Shown one piece after another: positions 29,835 through 41,100 of a DNA stretch of 64,000 nt. How positions within the stretch are numbered: position 1 is the first letter of the stretch; each line of letters starts with the position of its first letter. The DNA is from an uncultured Desulfosarcina sp. GTDB lineage: Bacteria > Desulfobacterota > Desulfobacteria > Desulfobacterales > Desulfosarcinaceae. The notes under the pieces are model-generated. The model was not told where the DNA came from and did not search any database. It saw nothing but the letters and a program-made list of their open reading frames with translations. Both the position numbers and the translations under genes were made by a program. The DNA is taken from NCBI GenBank assembly GCA_963674945.2, contig CAXXWQ010000003.1:2048001-2112000 (forward strand), written 5' to 3'.

Positions 29835-31001
29835 TCAGCCTGTTTCTTCCTCTCTTTCCCACTTATCGGCAAATCCCAAGGCCATGGCCCGGCAGGCCAG
29901 ATCGACGAAATCGTCGTTGCGACTTTCCGAGCAAGGCGGCGCCAAATGCTTCCGAAAATCGGATAGCGGTTCGTACTTCCCGCTGACGGCGCAAGCCACC
30001 TGGGCCGCATAGGCGCCCATCACCTCGCTCCAGCAACTGACCGGTAATACGCCCCAGGCGAATTTGTCCTTGAGATGGACCATTGCGGCCACGGCGGCAA
30101 CGGTGACTGGATCACGCTCGATTTCAGAAAAATTTTCGCGAAACAATCGCCCCTGTCGGTCGCTCAGATGGCGGCAGATCTTATCTTGCAGGACGGAACG
30201 ATTCACACCGAATCGTTCCAGGTGGATTTTTGCCGAGCACTGGCCGGCCGGGGTCAGACGGTTCTGGTTGGCCAGGGTCTGCTTGACAGCCGAAAATACC
30301 GCTCTGCCGATCAGCTCGCCCAGTTTGGCATGCTTGCCGGCACTGGTCAGCGGCACATCGTCGGTGCTCATGGCGGCCACGGTGATCTGATCGGTTCCGG
30401 TTCCGGTGGCCAGGCGTTCCGAATACCTGGAATTGACGGCCAGTTCCTGAAGTACCGCGCTCTTGGCCTCGGTGGCGGTCATGATCGTTCGCACCATGGC
30501 ACCGGGAATCAACGGCTTGTTGATGAGTACCATGGTATTGATGGTGCCGGGACCCGGATCGGACGCCGATGGAGCAAGTGTCTCGAAGCCGTCGGGGGTC
30601 TCGAATACCGATGCCGGGTCGCCGGCACGGCCGGCATTGGCCTCCACGCCGCCGGTGACGACCGCCACTACCATGAGGTCCCGGAACTCTTCGGCGATAA
30701 AGGCGGCGTTGTTCATGTTGGCGGCGGTTCCCATGGTAGCGCAGGTTTCGGCGGGAAGCCCGCAGGGTTCACAGGTCCGCTTCCGGTAGGCATCGGGATC
30801 ACGCCATAATTTCGCCGCCATCCGATGGCTGTGACCGGCCGGCTCGCAGCTCTGGTGGTTATAGATGTGAGACAGTCCTTCCTGCAAGCCGCCGGCGGCC
30901 CGACAGGTGGAGATCACCCGATGGGGGTGTATGAATTTGGCATAGATGATCTTTTCTTCCCGATGAATCTCTACGCCGTCGTAGTAGGTTTGGATCAACA
31001 T
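29835..31001 (-). CDS. cbiZ: Adenosylcobinamide amidohydrolase family protein
   Basis: TAANM, VTGGVEANA, GTINT, TEAKSA and ATGTGTD motifs; C-terminal extension. Confidence 0.85.
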   Translation of the reverse strand: MLIQTYYDGVEIHREEKIIYAKFIHPHRVISTCRAAGGLQEGLSHIYNHQSCEPAGHSHRMAAKLWRDPDAYRKRTCEPCGLPAETCATMGTAANMNNAAFIAEEFRDLMVVAVVTGGVEANAGRAGDPASVFETPDGFETLAPSASDPGPGTINTMVLINKPLIPGAMVRTIMTATEAKSAVLQELAVNSRYSERLATGTGTDQITVAAMSTDDVPLTSAGKHAKLGELIGRAVFSAVKQTLANQNRLTPAGQCSAKIHLERFGVNRSVLQDKICRHLSDRQGRLFRENFSEIERDPVTVAAVAAMVHLKDKFAWGVLPVSCWSEVMGAYAAQVACAVSGKYEPLSDFRKHLAPPCSESRNDDFVDLACRAMALGFADKWEREEETG

Positions 31002-31003
31002 CT

Positions 31004-31158
31004 GGTCCTCAGTTCTCAGTTCACGGTTCTCAGTTCACTGTTCTCAGTTCACGGTTCTCAGTTCACGGTTCACAGTTCACGGTTCATGGTTCTCGATTCA
31101 CAGTTCTCGGTTCATGGTTCTCGGTTCTCCGTTTTGAACTGTGAACTTTGAACCGAGA
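31004..31158. repeat. Long GTTCWCR heptamer array with an inverted tail
   Basis: About 18 units GTTCTCA/GTTCACG/GTTCACA, then inverted GAACTGT-GAACTTT-GAACCGA. Confidence 0.9.
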
Positions 31159-31167
31159 CTCATCATT

Positions 31168-31902
31168 TCAATCCCTCGCCTGGTTCACACACTTCAATGC
31201 GAGAACGAAAAAGAGCGCACCGACCACGATCAGAAGGCCGTAGGCCGAAAGGTCCGGCCGCTGCCCGAAGGCCGAGGCGCGAATGGCATCCGATGCGTGG
31301 GTGAGCGGCAGGACGGACAACGCCTTTTGTGCCCAGAGGGGCAGGCGGTCCAAAGGGAAAAAAGTGCCGCCCAGAAAGGCCATGGGGGTGATGATAAAGC
31401 TGGTCAACAGACTCTGGTCGGCGTGGGATTTGACCAGCATGGCCAACGCCACGGCAAGGGATGCGAACACGAAGCTGTTGAGCAGCACCGCCAACCAGAG
31501 CATTGGACCATACTGCAGCCGCACACCGAAAAATAGGCTGAGGATCAGGATGACACCGATGGCCAGGATGGCCCTGGTCATGCCTGCCAGCACTTCTCCG
31601 GTCACATAGGCGATGTTGCGGATGGGGGCCGCCTGGAACTCCTCGAAAATGTACCAGTAAAAACGTGCGACGTTAATGTCCGTGGCGATGCCGAAGCTCT
31701 GGGTCATACTGCTCATGGCGATCAGGCCGGGGATGAGAAATTCCAGATAGGTATGTCCGTCGACGCGCACCGCGTCTCCCATGGCGTAACCGAAGGCGAT
31801 GAGGTAGAGAAGTGGAGACACGGCCATGCCGGCCAACTGGCGATACAGCCGTCGCCTGAGGATCAACAATTCACGTAGATAAACGGCAATGAACCCTTGC
31901 AT
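31168..31902 (-). CDS. ABC-2 type exporter permease
   Basis: YLEFLIPGLIAM, PMAFLGGTFFP and LPLTHA motifs. Start set at MQGFIAV. Confidence 0.88.
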   Translation of the reverse strand: MQGFIAVYLRELLILRRRLYRQLAGMAVSPLLYLIAFGYAMGDAVRVDGHTYLEFLIPGLIAMSSMTQSFGIATDINVARFYWYIFEEFQAAPIRNIAYVTGEVLAGMTRAILAIGVILILSLFFGVRLQYGPMLWLAVLLNSFVFASLAVALAMLVKSHADQSLLTSFIITPMAFLGGTFFPLDRLPLWAQKALSVLPLTHASDAIRASAFGQRPDLSAYGLLIVVGALFFVLALKCVNQARD

Positions 31903-32072
31903 AGTAAAACCTTTTTTTCGTAAAATTCTCAACGAAGCCAACAGTAAAGAAAAAAATAAACCCAATCGCTATTTGAAAAAGTGTTACGTTTGAAGTGTTA
32001 AGTGTCAAGGGAAGGATCGGGTCTAATTTTAAAATCGATAGAATACCTTTACTTAACACTCACTCACAAGAT

Positions 32073-33032
32073 TTAGTGCGCACCATGCCCACCACCCCCA
32101 TGAGCGCTATGTCCCTTCCCGTGATTGCCATGGGCATTTTTTCCATGAATACGCTTCTCGCTACTACCGACGGCATCTACTTTTTTCCCGGTAAGATGTA
32201 AAAAAGCATCTTCCAGGTTCACCCGGCGCAGGGTAAACCCGTTGGTGCCTGCGGCACCCGATTCCTGGGCCGCCTCCCGGCTTGGAAAATAGGCCGACTC
32301 CATTCCTTCCTCCGTCACCCAGTCGATGGCCCAATGGCCGACCTGGGCCATCAAGGTCGTGGGGGCATCCACCGCAACGATTCGGCCGCTGTCCAGAAAC
32401 GCTACACGATCTGCCAAAAATTCGGCCTCTTCGATGTAGTGGGTGGTGAGAAAAATCGTCGTCCCGTTCTTTTGAATCTTCTTGATCAACGACCAGATGC
32501 GCCGACGGATATTGGCGTCCAGCCCCACGGTAGGCTCGTCCAGGAAAAGAATGCGAGGATCGTGAAGCAGCGCACGGGCGATCATGACACGGCGTTTCAT
32601 TCCACCGGACAACTGCTTGACCAGACCGTCGCTGCGATCGCTGAGTTCGATATAGGCGAGCAGGGTTTCGATGCGGTCTTTACGAGCCGACGCCGACATG
32701 CCGAACAGGCGCCCGTGGATGTCCAAGTTCTCTTTAACGGTGAGTTCACTGTCCAGATTGATATGCTGGGGCACGAGTCCGCATTGGCGCTTGGCATCCA
32801 TGGGGCGGTGCTGGATGTCGTGGCCGTTTAACGACGCACTCCCTTGGGTCAGTTTCGTCAGCCCGGTAAGGATCCGGATGGTCGTCGTCTTGCCGGCCCC
32901 GTTGGGTCCCAGGTAGGCGAACAGCTCGCCTTCGGGAACATTCAGGTCGATGCCGGATAAAGCCGTTGTGGTAGCGTAGCTTTTTTGGAGGTTTTGTATT
33001 TTTATCATATTTTTCTTTTTCCCACAGATCAA
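32073..33032 (-). CDS. ABC exporter ATP-binding protein (DrrA/NodI-like) with His/Gly-rich C-terminal tail
   Basis: GPNGAGKTT, LSGGMKRR, LDEPTVGLD and TTHYIEEAE motifs; tail HGKNAHGNHGKGHSAHGGGGHGAH. Confidence 0.9.
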   Translation of the reverse strand: MICGKKKNMIKIQNLQKSYATTTALSGIDLNVPEGELFAYLGPNGAGKTTTIRILTGLTKLTQGSASLNGHDIQHRPMDAKRQCGLVPQHINLDSELTVKENLDIHGRLFGMSASARKDRIETLLAYIELSDRSDGLVKQLSGGMKRRVMIARALLHDPRILFLDEPTVGLDANIRRRIWSLIKKIQKNGTTIFLTTHYIEEAEFLADRVAFLDSGRIVAVDAPTTLMAQVGHWAIDWVTEEGMESAYFPSREAAQESGAAGTNGFTLRRVNLEDAFLHLTGKKVDAVGSSEKRIHGKNAHGNHGKGHSAHGGGGHGAH

Positions 33033-33049
33033 TGATCACTGATTACTGC

Positions 33050-34090
33050 TCAACGCCCACCGGCAACTGCTTTTTTCTTTAATGCTTGAACATTATCCGC
33101 AATCTCCATCAAAGGTTGCCTGCGTACCCGATGGGGCAGGGCCAGTTCGGCGGCGGCCTGAATGTCCTCTGAGATCACTTCGCTACGGCCGTCATAAGCG
33201 GCCAGGGTCTTGGCGGTCTTGAGGATAATGATGTCTCCCCTGTGCCCGTCCACCCCCACGTCCAGGCAATATTCGGCGATTTCGTATAACCGCTCTTTGG
33301 CCACCGTCACTTGGGGGTAGAGGGTTTTTGCGGCGAGAATACGGTCGGTCAGGGTTTTTCCCTCGGATTCCCACTGTTTGGAGAACTCTTCCGGATGTTC
33401 GTCGAAGGCGGCCCGCCGCTCCATGACCGTCACCCGGTCGTCGGCCGTGGTGATGCCTTCGATGTTGACACAGAGTCCGAACCGGTCCAGCAATTGGGGA
33501 CGAAGTTCCCCCTCTTCGGGGTTCATGGTGCCCACCAGAGTAAAACGGGCCGGATGGGAGAAGGAGACCCCCTCCCGCTCGATGCTGTTGACGCCCATGG
33601 CCGCCGAATCCAGCAGCACATCCACCACGTGATCGTCCAGCAGGTTGACTTCATCCACGTAGAGGATACCCCGGTGGGCGGCGGCGAGCAGTCCGGGTTC
33701 CACCCGTTTTTCTCCATTTTTCAGGGCGTGCTCCAGATCCATGGTGCCCACCACCCGGTCTTCGGTGGCGCCCACGGGCAATTCCGTTACCCGGACCTTG
33801 CGGGTCGTGGTCGAAGGAAGGCCCTCTCCGGGCAGGTCCAACATACGGGCGACTTCCAGATAGACCCCATCCTCCTCGCCGGGCGCAAGCTGGAACGGGT
33901 CGTCGGTGAAGACTTCGATCTGGGGAAGGATGTCGGCCAGTGCCCTCACGGCGGTGGATTTGGCCGTCCCTTTCTCCCCACGGATGAGTACCCCGGAAAG
34001 GCCGGGATTGACGACGTTGAGGATCAGGGCCAATTTCATTTTTTCCTGTCCGACGATGGCGGCAAATGGGTAGATGGGGGCTTTGTTCAC
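33050..34090 (-). CDS. Class I chelatase AAA+ subunit (ChlI/BchI-like)
   Basis: YPFAAIVGQ, GEKGTAKST, LYVDEVNLL and GTMNPEEGELRPQLLDRFG motifs. Confidence 0.92.
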   Translation of the reverse strand: MNKAPIYPFAAIVGQEKMKLALILNVVNPGLSGVLIRGEKGTAKSTAVRALADILPQIEVFTDDPFQLAPGEEDGVYLEVARMLDLPGEGLPSTTTRKVRVTELPVGATEDRVVGTMDLEHALKNGEKRVEPGLLAAAHRGILYVDEVNLLDDHVVDVLLDSAAMGVNSIEREGVSFSHPARFTLVGTMNPEEGELRPQLLDRFGLCVNIEGITTADDRVTVMERRAAFDEHPEEFSKQWESEGKTLTDRILAAKTLYPQVTVAKERLYEIAEYCLDVGVDGHRGDIIILKTAKTLAAYDGRSEVISEDIQAAAELALPHRVRRQPLMEIADNVQALKKKAVAGGR

Positions 34091-36210
34091 GGCAGTTGTC
34101 CTTTCACGATATTGACCAGGCTCCGGGCCTTGAGGTCGTCGATTTTAAAGTATTGGGCATCCAATGCGGCGGCCAGCCGACGGGCCAGACCGAAGGTGAC
34201 CAGGCCCGCCTCTTCGGTGTCCACCACGATGTGACGGATGCGATCGTCTTTGGCCATGGCCGATGCCAGGCGCGTCACCTCGTCCAGGGGCTTTCCGTCG
34301 CCCAGGGCGACATTGCTCTTGCCGTCGGTGATCAGAATCACGATGGGCCGGGCCGAAGGATCCTTTAGCAAAACGTTGCGTACCTGTTCGAACGTCTTGG
34401 CCAGTCCCGCCGAAAGCGGCGTGCGCCCGCCAACGGGCAGTTCGGCCAGCAGCTTGCCTGCAAGGTCTACGGATGTGGTGGGAGGAAGGTTGACCACGGC
34501 TTCGCTTCTCCGAAAGGAGATCATGGCCACACGATCCCGTTTCTGGTAGGCGTCCAGAAGAAGCGACATCACGGCTCCCTTGGAAGCGGCCATGCGGCCC
34601 CTGGCACCCATGGAGCCGCTGGCGTCCACGGCGAAAAAGAGAAAATTGCCGATGCGCTTTTCCCGGATTTTTCCGCGGATGTCCGCATCGCTCAGGGTAA
34701 CGCAAAAGCCATTACCGTTACCGCGCGACTTCTGATACGGGGCAGCGGCCCGCAAGGTGGCGTCCAGGGCAATATCTCCATTTCGTTGGTTCATACAGCT
34801 TTTAACGTACCGTCCTTGCTTCTGGGAGACCCGGGTACGCGACCTGCGCCCAGAACCCCTTCTGAAGATTCGATCCTTGGGTACCGAAAGTGGTTTCACC
34901 TTGAAGGTGCTGCCGATCTCGAAGATGCGATCTTCTCCGGATTCAGGACGTGGTGGTTCCTGATCGGGTTCGGTCTGATTCTCACCGTGTGAGTGATCCG
35001 GTTGTGACGCCTGGGGCGGATCGTTTTCCTGCTCCTTTTGTTTTTCCTCCGGTTGCGCATCGTCCGGTGGCGGATCTTCCCGGGGCGGATCGTTCTCTTC
35101 ATTATCTTGGGAGTTATCCGGTGGTGGCGGTGGAGGCGGCGGTGGTGGTTGGGCCTCTCGTCTACGATGCACCAGCACCATGGGCGCCACCTGGTGGATG
35201 TGGTCCACGGTCACCTCGGATGCCGATGACATGGCCGCGACGGCTCGGGCGGCTTGCTCCATCACGAGGTCGGCCCGGTGGCCGGCTACGTTGTTCTCGG
35301 TGCACAATTCACCGATGAAGCCGCGCAGATGGCGCGGCATGCGCACCCCGCAAAGATTGGCGCGACCGGTTTCGATCCGGCGGGCGATTGTCCGGTTCTG
35401 TTCGAAAGCCGCCTTCATGAAGGCGACCGGATCATTGTCGAACGCCTCGCGCCGCAGCATGAGCGTCACACGATCGTCGGCCGAATCGGCACCGGCGGTC
35501 TCGACACACAGGCCGAATCGGTCGAGCAACTGGGGTCGTAATTCTCCCTCCTCGGGGTTCATGGTGCCCACCAGGATAAACCGTGATGGATGCCAAAAGG
35601 AGATGCCCTCCCGTTCGATGATGTTTTCACCCGATGCCGCGGCGTCCAGAACGATGTCTACGATGTGATCGTCCAGCAGGTTGACCTCATCCACATAGAG
35701 GATTCCCCGGTGGGCCGCTGCCAGTAATCCAGGCTGCAGGGTACGCCGACCTTTTCTGATGGCCAACGAAAAATCGATCCCCCCGACAACCCGGTCCTCG
35801 GTTGCATTCAAGGGCAGATTAACCACACGGACCCTTCGTTTGGCCGGTTTTACCTTGCTTCCCAAAGAGCGGCAACCATCGCAATAGGCATCGGGTCGAT
35901 CCGGCCGGCATGAATAGGCACACCCTGCGACCACATCGATATGGGGTAAGATGGCCGCCAGTGCTCGCACCGCAGTGGATTTGGCCGTTCCTTTCTCCCC
36001 ACGGATCAGCACGCCACCGATGGCCGGATTGACGGCGTTAAGCAGAAGACTCTTCTTGAGATCGTCCTGGCCGATGATTGCGGCGAAAGGAAAAACAGAC
36101 TGGTGATGCGTGATGGGTGATGCGTGTCCAGTGCCCAAGACTTGGTTATCGGTCGCTGACTTTGAAATCTGATTTTTCTCGATCTGCATGCTGCTTGTTA
36201 CCATATTCAC
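34087..36210 (-). CDS. Class I chelatase subunit D-like (AAA+, poly-Pro/acidic linker, VWA)
   Basis: Intact AAA+ module, PPPPPPPPPP linker, VWA motifs VDASGSM, GGRTPL and ITDG. Confidence 0.92.
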   Translation of the reverse strand: MNMVTSSMQIEKNQISKSATDNQVLGTGHASPITHHQSVFPFAAIIGQDDLKKSLLLNAVNPAIGGVLIRGEKGTAKSTAVRALAAILPHIDVVAGCAYSCRPDRPDAYCDGCRSLGSKVKPAKRRVRVVNLPLNATEDRVVGGIDFSLAIRKGRRTLQPGLLAAAHRGILYVDEVNLLDDHIVDIVLDAAASGENIIEREGISFWHPSRFILVGTMNPEEGELRPQLLDRFGLCVETAGADSADDRVTLMLRREAFDNDPVAFMKAAFEQNRTIARRIETGRANLCGVRMPRHLRGFIGELCTENNVAGHRADLVMEQAARAVAAMSSASEVTVDHIHQVAPMVLVHRRREAQPPPPPPPPPPDNSQDNEENDPPREDPPPDDAQPEEKQKEQENDPPQASQPDHSHGENQTEPDQEPPRPESGEDRIFEIGSTFKVKPLSVPKDRIFRRGSGRRSRTRVSQKQGRYVKSCMNQRNGDIALDATLRAAAPYQKSRGNGNGFCVTLSDADIRGKIREKRIGNFLFFAVDASGSMGARGRMAASKGAVMSLLLDAYQKRDRVAMISFRRSEAVVNLPPTTSVDLAGKLLAELPVGGRTPLSAGLAKTFEQVRNVLLKDPSARPIVILITDGKSNVALGDGKPLDEVTRLASAMAKDDRIRHIVVDTEEAGLVTFGLARRLAAALDAQYFKIDDLKARSLVNIVKGQLP

Positions 36211-36243
36211 CTTGCATTCATTTCCGTTTTTTATTCATCGCTT

Positions 36244-36282
36244 ACCGTGAACCGTGAACCGTGAACCGTGAACCGTGAACCG
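36244..36282. repeat. Perfect (ACCGTGA)5 heptamer tandem
   Basis: ACCGTGA x5 followed by ACCG. Confidence 0.95.
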
Positions 36283-36289
36283 ATTTCCG

Positions 36290-38053
36290 TTACATTCGCC
36301 AATTCACCCCAACGATCCAGGTAAACGGCGGTGCCAGAAGTCCGTCGGAATAGTAGTACGTTTTATCGAAGAGGTTTTCCATCTCGGTAAAAACGGTCCA
36401 TCGTTTGAGGGCGTATTCCGCCTTGAGGCTGGCGATGGCATATTCCGGAACGGTTTTCGTGTTGGCCTTGTTGCGAAAGACTTCGGAGACATACTTTCCG
36501 GTTGCCACGATGGAAAACGGTCCTGCCGGTTGCCAGAACAGATCCAGCCTGGCTTTGTGCTTCGCCTTGGCCGGCAAGGTAAGATCCGTCTCTTCGTCGA
36601 TGGCTTCCAGGTATGTGTAATTGCCCTTGAGTTTTAACCGATCGCGAATTTGCCAGTCCAGGGATAGATCCCCTCCCGCATAGGTGACCAGCCCGAAATT
36701 CTGGTATTGCCCGATACCTTCGTCGCCGGTCAGGTAGGTGATCCGGTCGGAAAGGCGATTGTAGAAAAAGGTCACGCTTGTACTGATTTTCTCCTTTGGC
36801 TTTACAAACAGGGCCAGGCTGTAATTGTCCGCCGTCTCCATGGTCAGGTCTGGGTTGGGCAGGGTCGAGCTGGTCTGGTTGTACCGTTGCCGAAAGGACG
36901 GCGTGTTGTTGGTCCGGCCATAGGCGGCGGTTACGCGCCACTTCTTTCGTTTGTATGCCAGCTTCAGTTCGGGGTTGACGGCATCGTCAAAGTCCGAATT
37001 GACGTTGGCCCGGAGTCCTGCGGTCAACGTGAGACGTTGGTCGAACCACTGCAGCGAATCGGATGCAAACAAAGACCAGGTCGTCTCCCGCTGGTCGTCG
37101 AAATTGCTGCCGCCGGCACGGCCCAATCGGAACGCGGCACCGAAGTTTACATTTCCCCAGTCGCCCAGGTCCCTGGTGGTCGACAGGTCTTCCCCCAACT
37201 CACTGACGCGGAAGATCTGGTCGATGTTCCGACTGGGATCGGTGTTGTGGGTTCGACCCTCGTTGAAAAAGGTGGTACTGGCCATCGGATCCCAGTTTGC
37301 CGTGAGGGACAGTCCGAGGTTGTCGGAGGATTTCCGTGAAAGGGGGGTAGGGTATTCTGGCAGACCGGCGAGACCCCTCTCATCTTCGAGATAATCGGCC
37401 GTAAGAGAGACGCTTCTTCCTTCATTGCGGCTGTAGGTTAGCCGGCCACCGCCCTGCCACCGTTCCCTGTCGCCGTTACTCTTGTATCCATCGGTTGCTT
37501 CGAAACCGCCGGTCACGCCGGCGGACCAGTGGCCGGCGGTTGTTTGCAGGTTGGTGTATCCGTATCCGGTACCGTAATTGCCTCCGTAGGCCTTGACGTT
37601 TCCGGTCAACCGCTGGATCCGTTTGGTGGTGATGAGGATGACACCGCCCGACGCGTCCTGGCCGTACCGCAGGCCGCCCTTGCCACGCAGGATCTCGATA
37701 CGCTCAACCTCGTGGGGGGATACCAGGTCCCATTTGATGGTGCCGTGACTGGAGGTGGGATCGTTGATGGGGCGGCCGTCCACGAACACCTTGACCTTGT
37801 ACACGCCATGGATTCCCACGGAGGTATCGCTGGCGGTCACACCGGGTACATGGTTGAGCACGTCGGCCATTTTGTGGGCCTGCATGTCACGAATCTCCTC
37901 GGCGGTGATGACGATGGTGTCACCGTTGTCAGTGATCGGTGATCGGTCGTCGGTCATCGGTGGCTGCTGTTCAGCGAAAACAGGGCAAGTTACTTCCATC
38001 AGCACGATAAGTAGCGTCAAACTCAAAAGTCGCATTTTCAGGTTACGGTTCAC
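36290..38053 (-). CDS. TonB-dependent receptor 2 (compact; alternative start 38035)
   Basis: Signal peptide, VERIEILRGKG..RYGQDASGGVILITTK plug, NPDLTME, ENLFDKTY. Confidence 0.88.
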   Translation of the reverse strand: MNRNLKMRLLSLTLLIVLMEVTCPVFAEQQPPMTDDRSPITDNGDTIVITAEEIRDMQAHKMADVLNHVPGVTASDTSVGIHGVYKVKVFVDGRPINDPTSSHGTIKWDLVSPHEVERIEILRGKGGLRYGQDASGGVILITTKRIQRLTGNVKAYGGNYGTGYGYTNLQTTAGHWSAGVTGGFEATDGYKSNGDRERWQGGGRLTYSRNEGRSVSLTADYLEDERGLAGLPEYPTPLSRKSSDNLGLSLTANWDPMASTTFFNEGRTHNTDPSRNIDQIFRVSELGEDLSTTRDLGDWGNVNFGAAFRLGRAGGSNFDDQRETTWSLFASDSLQWFDQRLTLTAGLRANVNSDFDDAVNPELKLAYKRKKWRVTAAYGRTNNTPSFRQRYNQTSSTLPNPDLTMETADNYSLALFVKPKEKISTSVTFFYNRLSDRITYLTGDEGIGQYQNFGLVTYAGGDLSLDWQIRDRLKLKGNYTYLEAIDEETDLTLPAKAKHKARLDLFWQPAGPFSIVATGKYVSEVFRNKANTKTVPEYAIASLKAEYALKRWTVFTEMENLFDKTYYYSDGLLAPPFTWIVGVNWRM

Positions 38054-38172
38054 GGATTTCAGTTCACAGTTCTCGGTTCAAGGTTCTCGGTTCAAAGTTT
38101 ACGGTTCTCAGTTCTCAGTTCTCAGTTCGTGGTTCATCGTTCACCGATCTCCGATCACCTGGTCACTGGTCA
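38045..38172. repeat. Heptamer array overlapping the cobN 3' end and the TBDR2 leader
   Basis: GTTCACA/GTTCTCG/GTTCAAG units grading into GATCACC/GGTCACT units. Confidence 0.85.
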
Positions 38173-41100
38173 CAGGTTTCCGATCGCTCCACTCTTCGAT
38201 CTCGCCTTCCATCTCCAGGTAGGCGTCGCGAAGCTTCTCCTCCATCTCGTCATCGGCGTCCCACATGCCCCGGTTGATGGCCTCGAGGAGTTTGTCGAGG
38301 ATATTTTGCAGGGCAAAGGGGTTGACCTGTTTCATCCACTCCTGCATCTCGGGGTCAAGGGCATAGGCGTTGGCGATCTTTTCGTACATCCAGTCGTCGA
38401 TTACCTCGGCAGTGGCATCCCATCCCAGCACCACGTCCATCATGTGCGAGATGTCACCGGCACCCTTGTAACCGTGACGCTTCATTCCCTCCAGCCATTT
38501 GGGATTGACCAGCCGGCTGCGCAGCACGTGCTTGGCCTCCTCGAAGGTGGTGCGCATCTTGACCCGCTTGGGGTCGGCGCTGTCGCCCATCACGGAAAAG
38601 GGCAGGTGGTCGCGCACGGTCTTGACGGCAACGATCATGCCGCCGTAGTAGTTGTAATAGTCCGTGCACGACATCATGTCGTACTCCCGGGAGTCCTCGT
38701 TTTTCACGGTTACGTCCATGCGCGACAGGTTTTTCCGGTAGGCGTCGGGTTTTTGTTTGCCATAGCTGCCCTGGCCGTAGGCGTGGGAGGAGTAGCGGAT
38801 GTAGTTGTTGCCCAGGTCCTCCTGGGTCTTCCAGTTTTTGGACTCCACCAGTTCTGCCACGCCTGCGCCGTAGGTACCCGGAGGGCAGCCGAAGACCCTG
38901 AAGGTGGCTTCGCGATAGGCCTCCTGTTCATCCATGCCCATCTGTCGGTATTCCTCGAGGTCCTTATACACGTTGCGACGGACGAAATTGGATTCCGGCG
39001 GCTCCGTAAGGGCCGCCACCATCTGGACGGCCTCGTCGATGCGTGCCACCAGGTTGGGAAACGAGTCCCGGAAGAAGCCCGAAATGCGCGGCGTCACATC
39101 CAGGCGGGGGCGTTTCAGTTCGCTTGCCGGGATCACCTCCAGACCGGTCACGTTGCCGCTGCCCTTGGCCCATACCGGGCGAACGCCCATCAGGTAGTAG
39201 ATCTCGGCGATGTCGTCTCCCCGGGTGCGCATGGTGCTGGTGCCGTAGACCAGGATGCCGATATTGTCCGGATACCGTCCCGATTCCTCCAGATAACGCT
39301 CGATGAGTGCGTCGCCCAGTCGAATGCCGACCTTCCAGGCCGCCGGGGTGGGAATTTTATTTGGATCTACACTGTAGAAGTTGCGGCCGGTGGGCAGAAT
39401 GTCGGCCTGGCCCCGGGTGGGCGCGCCTGAGGGACCCGGTGGAACGAAACCGCCGTTGAATCCCGTGAAGCTGTGGTCGATCTCATCCGTGCAGCGTCGG
39501 ATATTGGGTACCAGGGTATCGGCAATATAGGCGAGTACTTCATCTGCATCCGGCGATGGGCTGTCCAGCAGGTCGGCGGTTACCGCTGCCACGCGATCGG
39601 GCCGGTAGTCCGTGGCGGCCAGTCCGTGGGCCAGGGAAAGGGCCTTTTCGTGGGCCTTACGGATGATCTCGGCGCCGCTCAGGCCACCGAAGCGATCCGG
39701 GCGTTTGCCGCGATTTTCCAGCACATCGTCATAATCGAAGCCCATGTCACGGACCATGGCTTCGCGCAAGGAGGGCACGCTGCCGTTGGCAAGGCGGGTG
39801 AGCTGGACCACGAACTCCTCCAGCCGCGCCGCTTCCGGGGCCATCCCCATGACGTGCAGGCCGTCGTTGATCATGGTGTCGGATAGTTCTTCGATGTAGG
39901 CGTGCAATTTTTCCAAAAAGCCGTCGAAATCGCCAAAAGCGGTTTCCCGGCTAAGCTCCAGATCCTTGTCCAGATCGGCGGCTTCCACCGCCTCCCAGAT
40001 CATGGGCCGCAGAATTTCCATTTTTGCCGGATCCTCGGCAACGGCCATCGCATAGTCGGTCACCAGCCCCTGCACCTTGCCCAGATCGTCGTACAGGTCG
40101 GCATTGGTGTAAGCCGGTGTCAGGTGGTCGATGATGCAGGCGTAGCTTCTCCGCTTGGCCTGGGTTCCCTCACCGGGGTCGTTGATGATGTAGGGGTATA
40201 CGTTGGGAAGATCCATGATGGCCAGGTCCGGATAACAGGTCTCGGAGAGTCCCAGGGATTTTCCCGGCAGCCACTCCAGGCTGCCGTGCTTGCCCACATG
40301 AACCACCACGTCGGCCTTGAACACGTCTCTGATCCATCGGTAGTGGGCCAGGTAGTGGTGGGGCGGCGACAGATACATGTCGTGGTAGATCGCATCGATG
40401 TTCTCAAGGTACCCCCGTGGCGGCTGGATCGTCATGAAGACGTTGCCGTTGACGATACCGGCAAAATGCATCTCGTCTTCGTGGACGAACAAATCGCCGG
40501 GAATTTTTCCCCAGTCGGCGGTCATTTTTTCACGAATCGGTACGGGACGGGCGTCGTGCCAGGCGGTGAACCATTTACGGTCGGCATGGGCCTCGGCCCG
40601 TTCGGCCAACTGGTCCGGCGTCAGCCATCGCCGGTCGCAGGTCATCCGGCTGAGCATGTCGTGGGCCAGCTCGTCGCCGTCCGTGTAGGTGCGTTCGATC
40701 CGGTATCCGTCCGCCTGCATCCGGTCCAGCAGGTGCTTGACACTGGAGAAACTGTCCAATCCGGCCGCGCATCCGATGCGATCGTTTCGCGGTGGGTAGT
40801 GATGAAAGACGATGGCCACCTTTCGTTCGGTATTGGTCTTTACCGACAATCGTCCCCAGTTGAGTGCCAGCCGAACCATCTTGTCCACCCGCTCGGTGAT
40901 GGGCATATATTTGGACAAGAGTGCACCGGTGACGGGATCGGTTGTCTCCTGCTCCCGCGTGGCCACCGGCACGGTAATCAGGGCGCCGTCGAACTCGGGC
41001 TGGGCAGCCGAGTAGGAGACGTCCATGGTGTGCATTCCCTGGATACTCTCCTTCCACTGGGCATACGGATCCATGGAAACCATGGCCTGGATGCAGGGCA

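Noticed and set aside
31004..31158. Possible CRISPR array in the repeat-rich intergenic regions
   Set aside because: Units are contiguous 7-mers with no unique spacers, and there are no cas genes in the window.
33050..36210. Chlorophyll-pathway magnesium chelatase (bchI/bchD)
   Set aside because: No photosynthesis genes; the neighbouring large subunit is CobN-type and the unit is under a B12 riboswitch.
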